DNA of 20,000 bases. Source: Neovahlkampfia damariscottae (taxonomy: Eukaryota). Below, in pieces: positions 17,664 to 20,000 of the stretch. How positions within the stretch are numbered: the first letter of the stretch is position 1; every line of letters starts with the position of its first letter. Location: contig JABLTG010000102.1 of the NCBI GenBank assembly GCA_016618085.1, forward strand, positions 52,133-72,132. Reading direction: 5' to 3'. The position numbers and the translations under genes were made by a program. The notes under the pieces are model-generated. The model searched no databases, had not been told where the DNA came from, and saw only the letters and a list, made by a program, of their open reading frames with translations.

Positions 17664-19850
17664 TTAAATTTCTTTAAACAATATTTTGTTTGTATCTTTT
17701 GAATAAGTTTCTTTTAAAAATTCTTTCAATAAAACTTCAAACGATTCTATAAATTTAACGGTTGAAATGATTAACTATTCATCATTTCTATTCATCAGAA
17801 CATTTTTTATTTTCTACATTGTAGAAGAGATATGTTGCTTGTGTTGTATGTTTTTCATAAAGTTTTCAAGATCAATTTTAAAAAAAGCAGGATCTTATAT
17901 AATTTGAAATAGTAAATAATTGTATTTTTATACTAAAAAACATACTTGATTCTATTTTATTCAAAAATTATGTTATATATTGGAACATTTCAACACAATA
18001 CTAAAATTTCTAAATTTGAAAGATTTAAATTTAATTTAAATATTATTAACATGGAAAATGTTTGTGAATAATTCACTCATAACATTTAATACAACAGAAT
18101 TCAATGAAAGAATACTCGCTGTTCCATTATGTTTCTATCACTTGATGATTTGATATTTTCAAATTCATTAGAGATTGGATCAACTTTAATTTTGAATTTG
18201 TTTAGGTCATACTTGCAATTTTTTTTAAAGTATCTTGAATCAATATTTTCATCTAAAACAATAACAAAATTGTTATTTACAACTCCTAGACCCTTGTGTC
18301 ATCATAAAATCAATAAATTCTTGTGAGTATTCATTATTTGAGTCAAATGGGTTTTTTCATTTCAAAATCTTTCTTTCCGAATTTTGAGGTTTATTTCAAT
18401 TCTTCAAGTGTTTCAAGATACAAAGAATCTTCTATCCAAATCTGTGAAGAATCTTCCTTTTCATTTTTTGATAACATTTTGATATTCTTGTCCAATTTTA
18501 ATTTATTTTCAGAAATAAATTGATCAAAACCTAAAATTAGATTTACTTCTAATAATCCAACATCTAATCCATTTTTACAGTATAAATATTGTAAACTTTC
18601 TTTCAAATTGTGAATTGTGCAATCTCCCGCAATTTGAGAAGGGAATGTAACCTTAAGATCTTCTCTTTCAAAATCATCAATTGCATTTCCACCATAACCT
18701 ATGAATTTATTTTCTTCTCTGAGATAAATATTTTTCATTAACCAAAGATATCCTTTTTCAAATTCATTGGTATTTTGCTATCATTACTGCCCACAAGAAA
18801 TTCTAAACTAATTAATCGATAAATGTAGTGAGCAAGAGCACCTTGATATTTTTTTTCTTTGATACTAAAAGCTTTAAATGCTACAAAATAATAATTTTTC
18901 TTTCTTTTGTGTTTTGATCTTCCACACGAAAATGCAATTTATCAGCAATTCCGCCACCATTAACTATTATAATTTGAAATTCCAATTCTTTAATATGTTT
19001 TAAGGTTACATAAAATGCGTGTGTTGAAGAAGTTTCTATTGCTTTTTTTGGTGTTCCAACTTGAATCATAATATTTCTTGGTTCATCAAAAATAGACTTT
19101 ACAATTTTTTTTGACAAATTAAACCAATTTTCTTTCTTTTTTTCACTTTTATAATAATATGAAGCCAAGTAATTAATTTCTGCACATAATTTTAAATTTT
19201 TCTCAGCTTCCAAACGAATTTTATCCTCGAGTCCATATTTATGTTGAATTAAACATAAAGAGGTGAGAGCGATTGCTTTGATTGACTCAAATCCATCTTT
19301 ATTATCTCTAATTTTAATTAATCGTTCATACTCAGATTTAATGATTTCCATAGAGTTACTGATATTTACATTATGATTAGGCTTTATATCTGATAAAATG
19401 GATCCCAAAAGATGTTTTATATTGTAATATGAGTCTCCTTCAAGTACTTTTTTGTCTATTATCAAACCTTCATCATTCATCAACCCATACTCAAACCTTT
19501 TTTGAAAAAATTTTATCAAATGATTGTTGTTGAGCTTGATCAAATTCTTTGATTTTTATTTTTAAAATTAGTCTTGTTGTGGGAACAATATGTTGAGCAT
19601 ATTTAAATAATTCTTTTTCAGATAAAGTGAATTCAAACGTTTTAATTTCTTGTTTTAATTTTAAAGAAAATTGTAGCTCTATGGTCTTATTTTCATCAAA
19701 ATCATTTGATTCAAAATCGAAAAATTTTGTATTATGAATTTCTTTGTTTAATATATACTCTCCTCTGGCCTTGTTACAAACATCTTCCAGAGATAATTTG
19801 TCAATTAAAATGTTTTCAAGAGGTTTTAAATAATCATACGGCCAATGAAT
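17664..19850 (-). pseudogene. Large fragmented ORF (~700 codons) of unknown function
   Basis: Protein-like open stretches (~19850-19540, 19543-18881, ~18890-18740, 18738-18391, ~18390-18110, ~17895-17664) join head to tail through frameshifts and in-frame stops. No clean GT-AG mini-introns were seen at the breaks. Confidence 0.55.
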
Positions 19851-20000
19851 TGATGGTTATTGTGATAAAAGTGGCCAATTAGATTTAATTTTGCCAGTTA
19901 TTTTTAGAATTTTTACTTGAAGTTGTTCAAGTTGAACAAAAAAGACCTTTTGTTCAACTAGAAAATACTGAAAAAGATCTCAAGTATTTAAAATGTCCAA

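Noticed and set aside
18129..18523. Plus-strand ORFs 18129-18326 and 18323-18523
   Set aside because: Antisense to the decayed minus-strand gene, with no motifs.

Overview
AT-rich, gene-dense eukaryotic (protist-like) DNA using the standard genetic code, with tiny 29-37 nt GT-AG introns. Host genes: a disrupted cytochrome P450, two paralogous 4-TM proteins, a CCAR1/DBC1-like protein, a PH-domain protein, an SLC13 transporter, an RWD-like/BTB-BTB protein, an F-box/DUF1399 protein and a long decayed ORF. Three things stand out. (1) A ~2.1 kb IS607-type transposon (~12177-14279) encodes a serine-recombinase TnpA and a Fanzor2/TnpB RNA-guided nuclease. The nuclease frame overlaps almost all of tnpA in +1 and is split by one in-frame TGA. 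The element has subterminal inverted repeats and a strongly structured omegaRNA-like right end. (2) Next to it is an intronless ~843-860 aa fusion of three winged-helix/LOTUS-like repeats, a Maelstrom-like DEDDh nuclease and a Ycf45/SpoIIIAA-type ATPase. (3) A duplicated bidirectional promoter appears to have split a head-to-head paralog pair. All calls come from reading motifs by eye; no database searches were run.
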